In this document: in pieces, positions 26,563-39,784 of the stretch
Layout: every line of letters begins with the position of its first letter
Position numbering within the stretch: position 1 is the stretch's first letter
NCBI RefSeq assembly: GCF_001194135.2
Contig: NC_068983.1
Coordinates: 134,488,756-134,552,755 of the forward strand
From: Octopus bimaculoides
Lineage: Eukaryota
DNA: 64,000 bases
Direction of reading: 5' to 3'
The notes under the pieces: generated by a model
Told to the model about the DNA's origin: nothing
What the model saw: only the letters and a program-made list of their open reading frames with translations
The model's database searches: none
Program-made: the position numbers and the translations under genes

Positions 26563-28293
26563 CAGAAATGTGGAACTGAAGCATTCATTCAAACAGCGTA
26601 GTTCCTTTTCTCCTGAAGACATGTTCTTTGCAAACACTATATTCATGTTTTACTAACAGACACATACATAATACATGCATCGTTATAGAGGTGGGTGCAG
26701 TAACAGGATGTTCGATCACTAATCAACCACATCTTATTACATAAGAATTTTTGGACAGATTTCCTCCTAAAAGCATCATTCTACAAGTAATAAACCGAAT
26801 CGGTGATGGACGCATTTTAGCATCATTTGACGGTTCAAATGACTGAAGCCCCTTCTCCCCCCCCCCTCCAACGGCCAGCCTCATTATTACTACTGGCGAA
26901 AGGAGGAGGGGAACAACTAAAGCGGCGACGAAGACTAATGTCTATCTATCAGCAAATGACTAATGACAATTATATAACACGACTACTGTAGTTTCACACA
27001 CACACACATATATATATATATATACACACACACGTGGGTAATCAGAAAAGGTGAAATTAAACAATTAAAGGTTTTTAATATTATCGAGTTGTATACTGCA
27101 TAGAAGAACCAAACCTAAATATGTTAGCTGAAAAAAGAATTAAAAAGCGAAAGATTTGGAGAGGGAATTCCTAAGAATGTTCGCTATATTTCTCTCTCAC
27201 ACACTATTATAATATATATATATATATATTCATTCAACATGGTTTCAGACTACTCTATTTCTGTACTAATGATCAGAGACGATGGCCCTATATATTACAT
27301 ATAGGTGTCTGAAGAGAAATGGGGAAGTAACTATTGGCAACCATCACGGAAGTAATTTCACTATCTGTACGCATATAATTAACATCGACTTGTAGGATTT
27401 GGACAGCTCGCCCCTCCTTGGTTGCATCCATTAAAATAAATATTCGTGTTATTTTTAGACACAAACCGAAGAAAATTAATGATGACAAAAAATTAAAAAA
27501 AGATACACGGAAAAATACATGAGCAAAAACAAAAAAAAATTGGAGATCGATAAATTGATTAATTATTATGAAAACTATGTTATAAGAGAGGAAATGATCT
27601 GTTTTATGTATGTAGCACAGGCAATTGGTTCATCCATGTTCATGTAACTGAAAGAAGCAACACTTCAGGGGTGACAATAGATTACATATTGTTACTGCGT
27701 CATTTGACTTTGATGGTTCTTTCCATTATCTTTTCCATTATTTTTAATCTTTAAATACCAATTCTATCCAATCTAATTAGATTTAGATTAAACAAACTTC
27801 ACGTGAGCGCAAATATAGAAACAGTAATCTGAAGGGCGAAATGTAGTTTCCGCTTGTTTAACGTTTAAGATCAAAATGAAGATGAACTGTGAACAAAACC
27901 GGCGACTAATATTAAGTGGTTGACACGTAAGAATGATATATTCAAGATTTTAATATCATAATGCCTAGATATACAAATATATATTTTTAGGATTTGGCTG
28001 TACATGGGAACAAGTGTATTCACCAATTAATAAAGAACTCAATACTTCAAGTAGTTTTAGACATTTATTATATAAATTAGTGAACATGCGTATAGATTTC
28101 GTGCAGGTAATATCTAAGGGAAATGAGTGATACATCTTCCTTCGATTTATATGCAAGGAAATACTGAAACATTTTCTTTCTAAATCCTATCCTTTCACTC
28201 ACCCACTCGCTGCTCGAGATCTCAAGAATTTTTGAACGGCGAAACATGACAGGAGGTCGAGAAAATGGTGGCAAGGTTAAAAACTAGTCTTAC

Positions 28294-28369
28294 CTTCAGA
28301 TTTTAATTTAGTCAGCACAAAAATGAGGTAATTGTTGAAGTCAGGGTAAGTATTCAATTCCTCAAGTTT
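28294..28369 (-). CDS. TNPO1: Transportin coding exon 2 ([25 protein letters not shown])
   Basis: Matches [25 protein letters not shown]; 76 nt; CAG acceptor, GTAAGA donor, phase 0 to 1. Confidence 0.96.
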
Positions 28370-28665
28370 CTGTGAACAGCTGTTAAGGGCATAAGCCACA
28401 TTGCTTTGTAGACGCTTATAATAAGAGACTTCAATGGAGGCGAGGGAAAAATTACATAGAATCAAAGGTTTGTAGAGTTACAAAACAATTATTTAGATAG
28501 GCTTAACAAAAAACATTAATTTAAATAATGTAGAAAACTTAATCCTTTTAAAACACGTGGGGTAAGAACTTACTCCCTTTTCATCTCCTCATCAAAGATA
28601 GAGAAATATAAATTAATGATTTGTAATAAAATAAACTATATTAAACACAATGATTAAAAGGATAC
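28370..28665 (-). other. U12-type (minor spliceosome) GT-AG intron, 296 nt
   Basis: 5' splice site GTATCCTTT (28665-28657) and branch motif CCCTTAAC (28389-28382) about 12 nt before the terminal AG. Confidence 0.85.
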
Positions 28666-28764
28666 TTGTTGAACTGCCCGCTGTGCAGCTGTATCAGGAG
28701 ACTGAGATTCTTTCAATAATTGTAGAATTTGACGCAGTCCATTTTCTTCCGGAGACCACGCCAT
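28666..28764 (-). CDS. TNPO1: Transportin coding exon 1 ([33 protein letters not shown])
   Basis: Manual translation matches the transportin N-terminus (human [23 protein letters not shown]). ATG in GAAACATGG context with an in-frame TGA two codons upstream. 99 nt; donor GTATCCTTT. Probable acceptor at 28787 gives a 22-nt UTR part. Confidence 0.95.
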
Positions 28765-29130
28765 GTTTCACTGTTCACACTTTGAACTAGCATCCAACGA
28801 AAAGGAACGAGTAATCAACGTCGGGCGAGTAAAAGAATGTAAATTAACTTTATAAATTTACGAAATATATTTCTTTGATTTTCAAATAACGTTAGAAACT
28901 GGAAATAATAAATTAGAAAATAAAATATTGTAAAATAATTTTTGTAAAATTTAACGAACCTAGTTACGGAATTTACCGAAGTCATCGAAAAACAGTTGCA
29001 ACCTGATTTTTTTAGTTGATCGTAAACGATAGAGTATATCACCCACCTCGCAACTTACTACATCGAAATAATTTCTAATTCTTTTCTTGGTTTAGTTAGA
29101 ATAATATCGATTAAATCAATAGTTACTTAC

Positions 29131-29340
29131 AATTAAAAGAATATTTTTAAAAGATACATAATAAAATACTGAAATTCGCGTCGAAAATTACGTTTTGAAT
29201 CATCCAATTAGATCATGTCTTTTATCGTTAGCAGCCAGTGATTCCCGGCTTCTTCCGCAATCTCACAGCATTAAAATTACTTTTGTTTTTATAGTTGTTG
29301 CAAAATTGTTTGTTCGTTCCGTCTTTCGAATTTGTAAGCA
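29131..29340 (-). promoter_or_regulatory. Putative TNPO non-coding first exon and promoter
   Basis: Local CpG enrichment, CGGAAG ETS-like motif near 29255, and a strong minus-strand donor GTAAGT at 29130 upstream of the acceptor at 28787. No transcript evidence. Confidence 0.35.
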
Positions 29341-30805
29341 TATAAATATTTTACATTTCTAAATATAAACAGATATTATAATGAAATTATATCCTATCAT
29401 TTTTAGATGGTAATATATTGTTAAATGGTGACGTAAATTAAAACTCCGCTATTCACACACGTGCGTGTGTGTGTATATGTACTCAAGTACTCGTTCCAGC
29501 CAGATTATTCTTACCGTGCAGACAGCGCGCGCACACACGTCTGAGTATGTATATACAGAGAGATATATATATACTTAGTATTTTTATAGATATGGAAATG
29601 TGTATACATATAAATATATATATGTATACACGCAATTTATTTGTATATGTCATTATTTAACAACCATCTTCCGTGCTTGCATATGTGAAGCAGTTTGACT
29701 AAGTCTGACGAGTACATCGTTTGCAAATCTCTACAGCTGGATGCCCTTCCAAACACCAACCTCTTTGCAGCATCTACTGGGTGCTTTTTTTTTTGTGGCG
29801 CCATTACGTCAGGTCCCATGCAGCTCACAAGACTAAGATCCCCTTCAATTGAATAGGGCTACTGTTGAGAGGAAGGCAGCTTTATGCTAGATGATGAAGA
29901 ATTAAAGTATGAGAGTAGGAACCAGAACAGAACAAGTTTCTTGTTGTAGGGGAGTTGCATGACTTCTTACATTATAGAATAGAGGGTAAGCGTGTCCAAG
30001 TTGGAGCTGGAAAGAGATAATTGGGATGGACCACCACCAACGCAAGGTATGAGAGAGTGAATGGGTGGATAGAGGTCACAAGAGATGTGTGATGTTTAGG
30101 GATGGGGAATGGGTGAGGAAGTGGAGAATGGGTGGGGGAGTGGTGAGTGATAATAAGCTAGAAAGAGTAGTGACAACAGTAGAGACTGGGTCATGTTGAG
30201 GGGTGAATGTAGTGACTGGGGGAAGGTGTTGACCTATGGGACATATGAGTTGGGAGAGTAGGAGATGATTAAGTGCAGGAAAAAATGGAGTGAAGAGCAG
30301 CAGAGTAGTAATTATATAGTAGAAAAGAGAAGGGTGAGTGCAGACGAAAGAAAGAGAGAGAGATAATAAATGACGTGAAGTGAGAGACTGGCATAGTACA
30401 TGGGGAGAGTAAGTGATGTGTGGCAAGGGAGAAATGGAGATAATTTATTGACTTGTCCATGTGAAATGTGGGTGGAGAGGACAGTAGGAATGAAAGATGA
30501 ATATCAAGTGAAATGGTTCCAGATAAGCAGTATCAGGGAAAAGGTGCTGAAGTATTCTGCTCACATTTCATTACAGCAGCAAAATACAGTATTCAAAGAG
30601 ATAACAGGAGCTGGGGATGTCTTGAGAAGGAGACTGGGCAAGGGGGCCCATTTGTGCATATATGTGTGCATGTGTTTATTTTAAAAAACAATTTTACATT
30701 AATCTGATTACACTATACTTTTGTAGAGTACAAATTTATTATTCTTAAAGAAGAATATTATTGACAATGACATTGAAGTTTTAGCCAATTAAGCCATTGT
30801 CAGAC

Positions 30806-30856
<51 letters not shown>

Positions 30857-30929
30857 GAATCTATCTATCTATCTTTCTATCTCTCTCACACACACACAGA
30901 GTGTGTACTATTATAATTCTACTCACAAT

Positions 30930-31400
30930 TTTCCTCAACAATGTCTTAATTTTCTCACACACAATGCTCTGCATTTCAGACTACCTAATGTCTCTGATCT
31001 TCATGTCTAAGAACATTGGCAAATGTCTTACACTTAGCTTCCTCCTTTACTATATCAATCTGGTGTCTGGCTTCTCTTGTGGTTTGGTATTTCTCTTTGC
31101 TATTTCCTTTCAGCTGCTCTTTCCAAATCAGAATCTTGGCTTTTAGGGATCTATCTATAGAGCTATTCCACCAAGATTGCTTTCTTTTGCCCCAGCCTCA
31201 GGTTTGGTCTATCTCCCTCATTAGGTTATTCCATAGAAATTCCCAACTGTCCTCTACATTATTATTTTCTATCTGCTCCTCTATCTTGTTATATGCACCT
31301 ATTACTGCCTCTAAACCTATGGCTTGTTTGCATTTTCAACTTTCATGTCCTCTTTCTCCAAATTGTATTTTGTCTCTGTGTCTGATTTGCTCTTAGTTTG
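30930..31400 (-). mobile_element. RTE LINE linker-region relic
   Basis: Minus translation SWWNSSIDRSLKAK..IWKEQLKG...FANVLRHEDQR with stops. Confidence 0.6.
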
Positions 31401-32297
31401 AACCCTTTTGTTACCGTATTTATTTTGAGATGCTCTGTGTTTCTTTCAATTAATTTTAAATATAACAAAGAATTTAATAAAATGACTTAGTTACCATTAA
31501 GCTGGTGTTAGGAACATAAATTGTGACTAAGGTTTGGTGGAAGATTTTAATTTGAAACTTATGAAAACAAGACATTTGTACTACAGAGCCAGAGGCAGTT
31601 TCAGCCGGGTTGGTATCGAAAGGGTTAAGTCACTAACCATATCATCATTGTCATCATGATTTACCATCCACTTTCCATGTGAGTTGAATGTATCAACAGT
31701 ATCCAGTGAATCAGAGAATCCTACTGGACTCTCATGCTCCACTGTCTGTTTTTGAATGGTTTCTATGGCTTGATGCCCTTCCTAACACCAACCACTTTAC
31801 AGTGTACATTGGGTGCTTTTTTCATGACACCAGCACTAGTCAGGTCACCTTGCAACTTACAAGACTAAATGGTCTGTAGGGGCCTCTATAACTGAGTGTA
31901 TGTGATGTTTCTAGACAAAGTGATGCGAGAGGGTAAAGTATGATGAGAGGAACAGACTTATAGTTGTGACAGTGTTGTAGTGAATAGAATAAGAACGTAG
32001 ATGCTGCTATTATAAATCACTTTTATTTAAAATTAGACTTATTTTACTTTTTCTTTTTGATGCTTGTCTTGCAACATACCATGGAAAACTGTATCTTCTC
32101 TATGAGAAACAGACACTAATCATAAGTAAAGAGATAGAGAGATGGTGACAGAACAATAAACTGAAAATCAGAAAGAAAAGGGAAACAAACTAGTGGGCTC
32201 CCTATGGTAGATAAAATAAGGTGTGTTGAATATTATAGAGTAAACTGAAACATCATTATAGTAGATAAATATGTTCATATGATGGAAAACTCTTTAA

Positions 32298-32515
32298 TCA
32301 TTTAGCATTTAAACAGGCCATATCTGGTCTAAAGATTTTATCTGTTTTATATTCAAAATGGCCAGATCTGGCCTGACACTTTCTCAACAATGTCGTTCTA
32401 AAAATTAGCAATCACATCATTGAAATCTCATAGCTATGAGATAAGGCATAGTTAATTCAAAACAATGTGAATAAATAAGCATTACAGTTGACAGATTAAT
32501 CTGAATGCTAAAGGG
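32298..32515. mobile_element. piggyBac-like MITE, second copy
   Basis: TTAA flanks, right end GAATGCTAAAGGG-TTAA; internally similar to 16628-16847. Confidence 0.65.
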
Positions 32516-34479
32516 TTAAATCAATTGTAGTTGAATCAATTAAGGTCACCCACCAGGGAAATAGCAAGAAGAGGGGATGCAGATGTAGCAGAGCACAAAA
32601 TTTCCCTGGGGTCTGTCATATTGTTAATCAAGATGGAGGCATAAAAATTGTCTTTGTGTCTAGGCACTGAGAAACCTTGCTATACCATTATCACTCACTA
32701 ATGGAATGGACAACATTTTACATCTTCTCAGTGCTATGCAATGTCTATAACTTTAATAATTAAAGTTGTTGACACAATTCACATAGCAGCTAGTATAATT
32801 AGCACCATATAATTGGGACTGCATCATTGATGAGTGTTTAATTAAAGCACATAGTTCAAACCCTATCAGAGACATAGCAGGGAGAGAGAAATGTTTTGAC
32901 AGACTGAGTTGCACTATCAATCTACATGAAGGCAAAGTCTTCAGAGCTGCTCCTGTTATGTATGTGTTTCAGTGACATTAATACATTTCAAATATTTAAT
33001 TTACTTGAAATAAATGAATTAAATAATTTCTTCTCCTGAGCAGCACAGCCCACTGGTGATTTCTTTATAAATATGTAGAGAAACATAGACCGAAAAATGA
33101 GAATTATGTGATATGAAGCATGGTAGCGAAGGTAGAAATATAAATCATGTAATAAAAATTATATAGATGTGGGTTTGTGTCCTATGACCAGCCTTCAACT
33201 TTTTCTCAACCCAATATTTACATACTATTATTTAAAGTTTTATATGCACTTTGCAGTCCAGTTTGAGAAACAAATTATTTATTTTATTTTTTTGATATTT
33301 TATATTGCAGTTTAGGTACAGTAGTATTAGTGGTCACTATCATCCAACAGGCTAGTCACTGGTTCACTGAATTTTTTACAGAGACAGTAACAAAGGAGTG
33401 TCACTAGCCTTTTGGAATTTACATCAATGTTTATATCCTTTGCTGATATACATCTGTGAAAGGTAAAAAGAAAAAGAACCACACGTGTGTACGCACGCAC
33501 ACACACACACACACACACACATAATATGTATACATACACAGACACACATACATAAATAATAGGTGCAGACATGGCTGTGTGTTTAAAAAGCTCACTTTGG
33601 TAATCTAAGCCTGAACAAGCTTGGTTTCTATAAGAAGCCTTGCAAAACTTTAAGTCACATAGAGTCAAATCAACTGATTTAAATAATAATATATGTAAAT
33701 GCTTCAAAAAGTGTTGAGTGCCTTTTTCTTTTATTTGTCCATTCAGTCATATAAGTACCAGACTTTAAAAAAATGTAAGTACTGCTGTTGATTTATTCCA
33801 CTAAAGCCCTTCAAGGTGATACTCTAGCATGGCCACAGTCCAATGATAGAAACGACTGAAATATAAACATGTGTCTCTAAGGTGGCTGGTATAAGGAAGG
33901 GCATCCAGCTGTAAAAAGCCCTGCCAAAACAGTGAAGCCTGATGCAGGCCTCTGCCTAGTCAGCCCCTGTCTAACCATCCAACTCACGCCAGCATGGAAA
34001 ATGGATGTTAAATGACGATGATGATATATATAAAACAGGTATAGACATAGATATGATTAAAATGTTCACATTGCTACCAAGTGATATCAGATTCAGTCCC
34101 ATGCATGATGCAATGGATAAGTGTTTCCTACTACAGTCCTGGACTGGACTGTCCAATGCCTTATGAGTGAATTTGGTAGACAGAAACTGTAGGAAGTTTG
34201 TTGTATGTGTGTATGGATAATGATATTCCGCCCATGTCAACATCTCAGAAAAATGATGATGATGATGTTTACAATCCTTGTTGGCATTCTAAGTTTTATA
34301 TTCTTAATTTCACACATGCACATTATTTGTTTTTGATTTTGTCGACTACACAGTATAGTAGGGTCAGCTGGGCACCATCTGTGAGAAAAACAGCATCATG
34401 ACACAATTCACTCTACCAGAAATTTGGAAATGACATGCTGTATTGCTTGGCATTCATGCCAGAAACTCTGGTACAAACA

Positions 34480-35147
34480 TTTCAGTGTCTGGGTGTCAGT
34501 CTGAGGACTGTGCAATCTGAGGACATGTACCAAAAGTGATAAAAGTCAAACATCCAGTCAATATCATTGTATGTGGAGTAATCACTAGTGACGGCGACGT
34601 TATGCCTCCATTCATCTTCGCACACGGCCTCAGACTCAATACAGCCTACATCAAGTATCTGGAGGAGATAGTGCTGCGCTAAGTCAAGAGGGTGACTGCT
34701 GGAAGACCCTATGTCTGGCAACAGGACTCTGCACCATGCTACACAAGCAGGAGAACCCACATCATGGCTGTCAGACTATTTCTGTGATCACATCACCCCT
34801 AACATCTGGCCACCTGACTCCCCAGACTGCAACCCCCTTGATTATTATGTGTGAGACGCAGTTGAGTGAGAGACCAACAAAACTCCTTGTAACACCAAAG
34901 AGGAACTGAAGGCAAGGATTATGGCAGCATTCAACAACTTAAACAAGGAGACCGTCCAGAAGAGTTGCAGATTTCAAAGTCATCTGGAGGCCATGGTTGA
35001 AGCTAATGACAATTTCATTGAATAAATTTAGTCTGTAGTATTTCAAGATATTTTTATGTAATTTTGGTAAATATATCTGTTATAATGAGATGTTGGTGTT
35101 ATTTTCATTTTTGCGTAATTTAGACAGTTTATTCACTGCACCCTGTA
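34480..35147 (+). mobile_element. Tc1/mariner maT-type (DD37D) transposase relic with right TIR
   Basis: YVWQQDSAPC...WPPDSPDCNPLDY; 37 residues between the 2nd and 3rd Asp after correcting one frameshift; ends CACCCTG-TA. Confidence 0.78.
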
Positions 35148-36239
35148 TATGTCATCATCATCATTTAACGTCTATTTTACAGGCTGTCATATATATGTGT
35201 GTGTGTATATATATAACTACAAAATACTACTGTAACTTGCCATTGAGGGTAACTTGCTGTCAACACATACTATGGTTTCATAAATGGTTTTTATGTACTT
35301 CTGTATCATATGCAAGCAGATACCTCTCATCCTCGTCTCAGAATGTAATAGCTGGAGGGAGAGAGGGCTGCACCAGTGCTTAGACTTACACTTTATACAC
35401 TTTATTTATGCCATTGAACTAATGAAAAGTAAAGTTGACTTCAGTAAGATTTGAACTCAGATCACAGAAAGCCAGAATAAATATCTGCCAGTTGACTGTC
35501 ACACACACACGTCCACATGTACATATAAATATATATAGACACACATGCACATGTACATACCTACACCCACACATACACATATATATTTGACTGTAAGTTT
35601 GCTTCTCTGAAAATCAGTTGATTACTCAACAACTCATTATTTCATTCTCTTTCAAGTATTGCCTGATGAGAGCAAGAACTGCATAATGTGTTGCATAATC
35701 TAAAACATTGTATAATACTTACATTAAAATCAAGATTTTAGTAAAACAATTGTTGCAAAATTTAAAATCCATTCATTTGTTCATATATTATTATTTCATG
35801 ACACACTAAATGTTTTACTATTCATTGAATAACTTGAAAACGACTGGAATTGTGAATTACCCAACAACAGTGTTTGATCTTCATTGATGCCTTCTGTGTT
35901 TGCTGTGCATAATTCTGTCAAGACAATCAGTGATGTGCTATATGCTGATGTGCACATACACATATATACACCCATCCATCCATCATCATCATCGTTTAAT
36001 GTCTACTTTCCATACTGGAATGGGTTGAATGGTTTGACATGGAGCTGGCTAGCAGGGACCTGCCCAGATCCCAGCTGTATGCTGAGGCATGGTTTTTATA
36101 GCTGGATGCCCTTTCTAATGCAAACCACTTAATGGAGTGTGCTGGGTGCTTCTTACATGCCACTGAGTGCTTTTTATGCAGCACTGGCACAGGTGAGTCA
36201 AAGTCACACATTCTCACATACATACATATACACGTACAC

Positions 36240-36525
36240 ACGCCTTCGATTTGGGATCACCAATACTTTATTGTCTCCCCTTCTTTCAACCTCTCCTGTC
36301 AAACTTTTTTTTTTCCTGACCAGTCACCATGTTTGACTGCTAAATCCACTTGTTTTTTTTAATCTCTCTCTCTGTTTATTTTCTCTTATTCGCTTCTGTT
36401 GAAGAGCATAGGCTTGAAACGTAAAAGACTTTTTCACTTCCTGAGTGTCGAACTAATACAGCTGCTTGTTGTTCATACACCTGTCTTTGTCTTTTGTTTT
36501 TCTGTAAATTTCAACTATATATATA
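36240..36525 (+). mobile_element. Probable second Penelope-type terminal repeat relic with a degenerate hammerhead motif
   Basis: CTGTTGA-A-GAGC-ATAG-GCTT-GAAAC-GTA at 36396-36423 after a pyrimidine-rich tract. Confidence 0.4.
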
Positions 36526-36899
36526 TAGCCTAGACAAGAAGATACTTTCACACACACATATACACACAATAGACTTTTAGTTTCTGCCAACCAGGCTTTT
36601 GACAGCCTAAGGCTGTAGTAGAAGACATTTATCTAAAGTGCCTCACAACCATGCGTAAAACTCTCAGCTCTTGAGTCACTTTGTAACTTCTGCTGATTAA
36701 AATAATATATGTATATATATTATTTAAGCTAAAAATGATCAATACTTAATTTCTTATTCCCTTGTCATTCATTTAACTTATTGCCTTTCTGTACTCAACT
36801 GATGCTTTTTTTCTGAAGCAGACATTTATTAAGTTCTAACAACAGGTTATTCATATTGCTATGCCTAAAATAATAATAATAATAAAACTAATAATAATA

Positions 36900-37790
36900 A
36901 CATCTCAACATCTTAAAAAACGGCAGTAGCCCAACATGTCATGTATGTAAACAACAAAATGAAACCATTGATCATGTTGTCTCCATGTGCAGTCTTCTTC
37001 CACCTACAGAGTATTTCAACGGGCATGACAGAGCAGCACAGAATATTCACTGGGTAATTTGCAAAGACTTGGACCTGCCCCATGATAAAAACTGGTGAGA
37101 ACACAAACTACTGCCAGTGCTTGAAAATGACCACATTTCACACCTTTGGCACTTCACCGTTCAAACTGACAGAAAGATAGATGCAATTAGGCCAGACATT
37201 ATATTGAAGGACTTCAGACAAAAATCATGCCTCCTCATCGATATGGCTGTCCCAATTGACATAAATGTATCTGTCAAGACCTACCAAAAACTGAAATAGA
37301 AATTGGCAAAATGTGGAACCTGAAGACTAAAATGATACCTGTTGTCATAGGTGCCATAGGAATGATAGCAAAAGGGGCTGATTACTACCTAGCTCAGATA
37401 CCAAGAAATCCCAAAATGGAAAAAATTCAAAAAATAGTGTTCATGGGAACTGCTCATATCCCATGTAAAATATTGCCTATGTAATCCCCAAAGTATTTTA
37501 ATCCATAGACAGTGTCAAAATACTTTTAAATGTACATAACATCAAACACCTTTTACTGTGATCTTAGCATCAGACTATTATCTTATAAATAAATTATCTT
37601 TAAAACAAACTTCTAATTTACATTTTCTGACAGACATTCTCTAGAACAATACTCTGTGCAAAACCAAATATATGGCACCCTAGTCATGACACCAACTTGA
37701 ACTTCTAGCTTGTTGTCTCTTGAAGCCTCTGGATGAGACTTGGAGTCAACTTGTACAAATACAAAGCAAAAGCCAAACATATAATAATAA
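36900..37790 (+). mobile_element. R4/Dong-type non-LTR retrotransposon 3' relic (CCHC knuckle and restriction-like endonuclease)
   Basis: CHVCKQQNETIDHVVSMC (C-x2-C-x8-H-x4-C), RPDIIL, IDMAVP, PVVIGAIG; stop at 37484; (TAA)n-rich flanks. Confidence 0.85.
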
Positions 37791-37965
37791 TACCAAGTCT
37801 TATAATTCATGGAGAGTAACTCTGTGAGACCTTTGACAATGGGTTGCTGTCTGTTCTCACAGAATTAACCGGAGCAATTAAGATTGAGAGCTCTGAGAAG
37901 TAAAATATGATAATAAAGAAGAAGAAGATGATGATGGTAGTGGTGGTGGTGGATGATGATATAAA

Positions 37966-38120
37966 CATGGCTGTATGGTAAGGAGCTGGCTTTCCAGCTA
38001 CATGGTTCCAGGTTCAGTCCCACTGTGTAGTACCTTTCAGCAAGTGTTTTCTATTATAGCCATGAGACGACCAAAGATTTGTGAATGGATTTGGCAGATG
38101 GAAACTGAAGGAAGCCCATC

Positions 38121-38166
<46 letters not shown>

Positions 38167-38264
38167 TCATCATCATCATCATCGTTTAACGTCCGCTTTC
38201 CATGCTAGCATGGGTTGGACGATTTGACTGAGGACTGGTGAAACCGGATGGCAACACCAGGCTC

Positions 38265-38309
<45 letters not shown>

Positions 38310-38740
38310 TTTATGTGTGTGTCTGTGTTTGTCCCCTGACCATCACATGACAACCGATGCTGGTGTGTTTATGTCACCGTAACTTAGTAGTTCAGCAAAA
38401 AAACTGATAGAATAAGTATTAGGATTACAAAGAATAAGTTCTGGGGTCGATTTCTTTGACTGAAAAACCATTTAAGGCAGTACTCCAGCATGACCACAGT
38501 CAAATAACTGAAAAGAATAAAAGAATGTGTATGTGTGTGTGTTTGTCTCCCCCTCCACTGCTTGACAACTTGTCTGCTTGTGTTTTTGTCCCTGTAACTT
38601 AGTGGTTCAGCAAAAAAGACTGATAGAATAAGTACCAGACTTGAAAAAGAAGTACTGGAGTTGATTCATTCAACTTAAAATTCAAGGTGGTGCTCCAGCA
38701 TGGCTGCAGTCTAATGACTGAAACAAGTAAAAGATAAAAG
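37966..38740 (+). mobile_element. Cluster of SINE and RTE-tail copies
   Basis: tRNA-like head at 37966, RTE tail at 38165-38265, and two tandem SINE 3' halves ending CCAGCATGG..CAGTC...AAAAGA; the same motifs recur across the window. Confidence 0.6.
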
Positions 38741-39530
38741 ATACACACACATAATGGGCTTCCAAAGAGTTTCTGTTGACCTAATTCTACTCACTAAGTA
38801 TTGCTCAGCTCAAGGTACCATACAGCCGAATCAAACCCAGAATGATGTGACAGAGAAATAAATTTCTTAAGCATACAGCCATGACTACAGAAATGTTTAT
38901 TACTGTTTATCTTCTCTATAACCAATGCAGTACACATAGTTTATCCAAAAGAAACTGAAGATTTAAGTTAAAAAAATTTATTTCTTTATTCATGATTTAA
39001 TCAGTTTGGCATGCTGTTCCAAAAATTCAATTTCTTTTAGGACAGACTGGGTATTTATTGATTTTATTTGACAAGATACAGTTTTATCAATTTTTTTTAA
39101 TATGATTACTGTGCATTTATTAAGATAAACCACTGAATAAAAGCAATTTTATAGAGTTGGCTTTACTGATCAGTTGATTTAGGATTGAAATAAATGGAAA
39201 TCAGCTGTTGGGGAGACTTACCCAACCTTGTAATTTCATTAATTTTATTTAAAGCTAATTTAACGAACCACCCAATACTTTTAACATTATACAGTTTTAT
39301 AAAGTTAATATGCTGTCAGATGTAGCAATACCTTCCTGTCTAACTCATAAATAAACCAAACTGAATTTTAACTCTTTCATATCTAAATTTGCTTTCAATT
39401 ATATTTTATTCTTCAGAAAGCTAGCACATGAAAAGAGGCTCAAATAAATTTTCAGGTGTATCTGAATTTAAATACAATTTTCTGTCGGTTATCTCAAAAT
39501 TAAGCTAGTGGTAAGGTTTGTAACAAATAA

Positions 39531-39784
<254 letters not shown>

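Noticed and set aside
18248-27488. Intronic ORFs 18248-18634 and 27288-27488 as nested genes
   Set aside because: No recognisable domains, low-complexity composition and no coherent exon partners.
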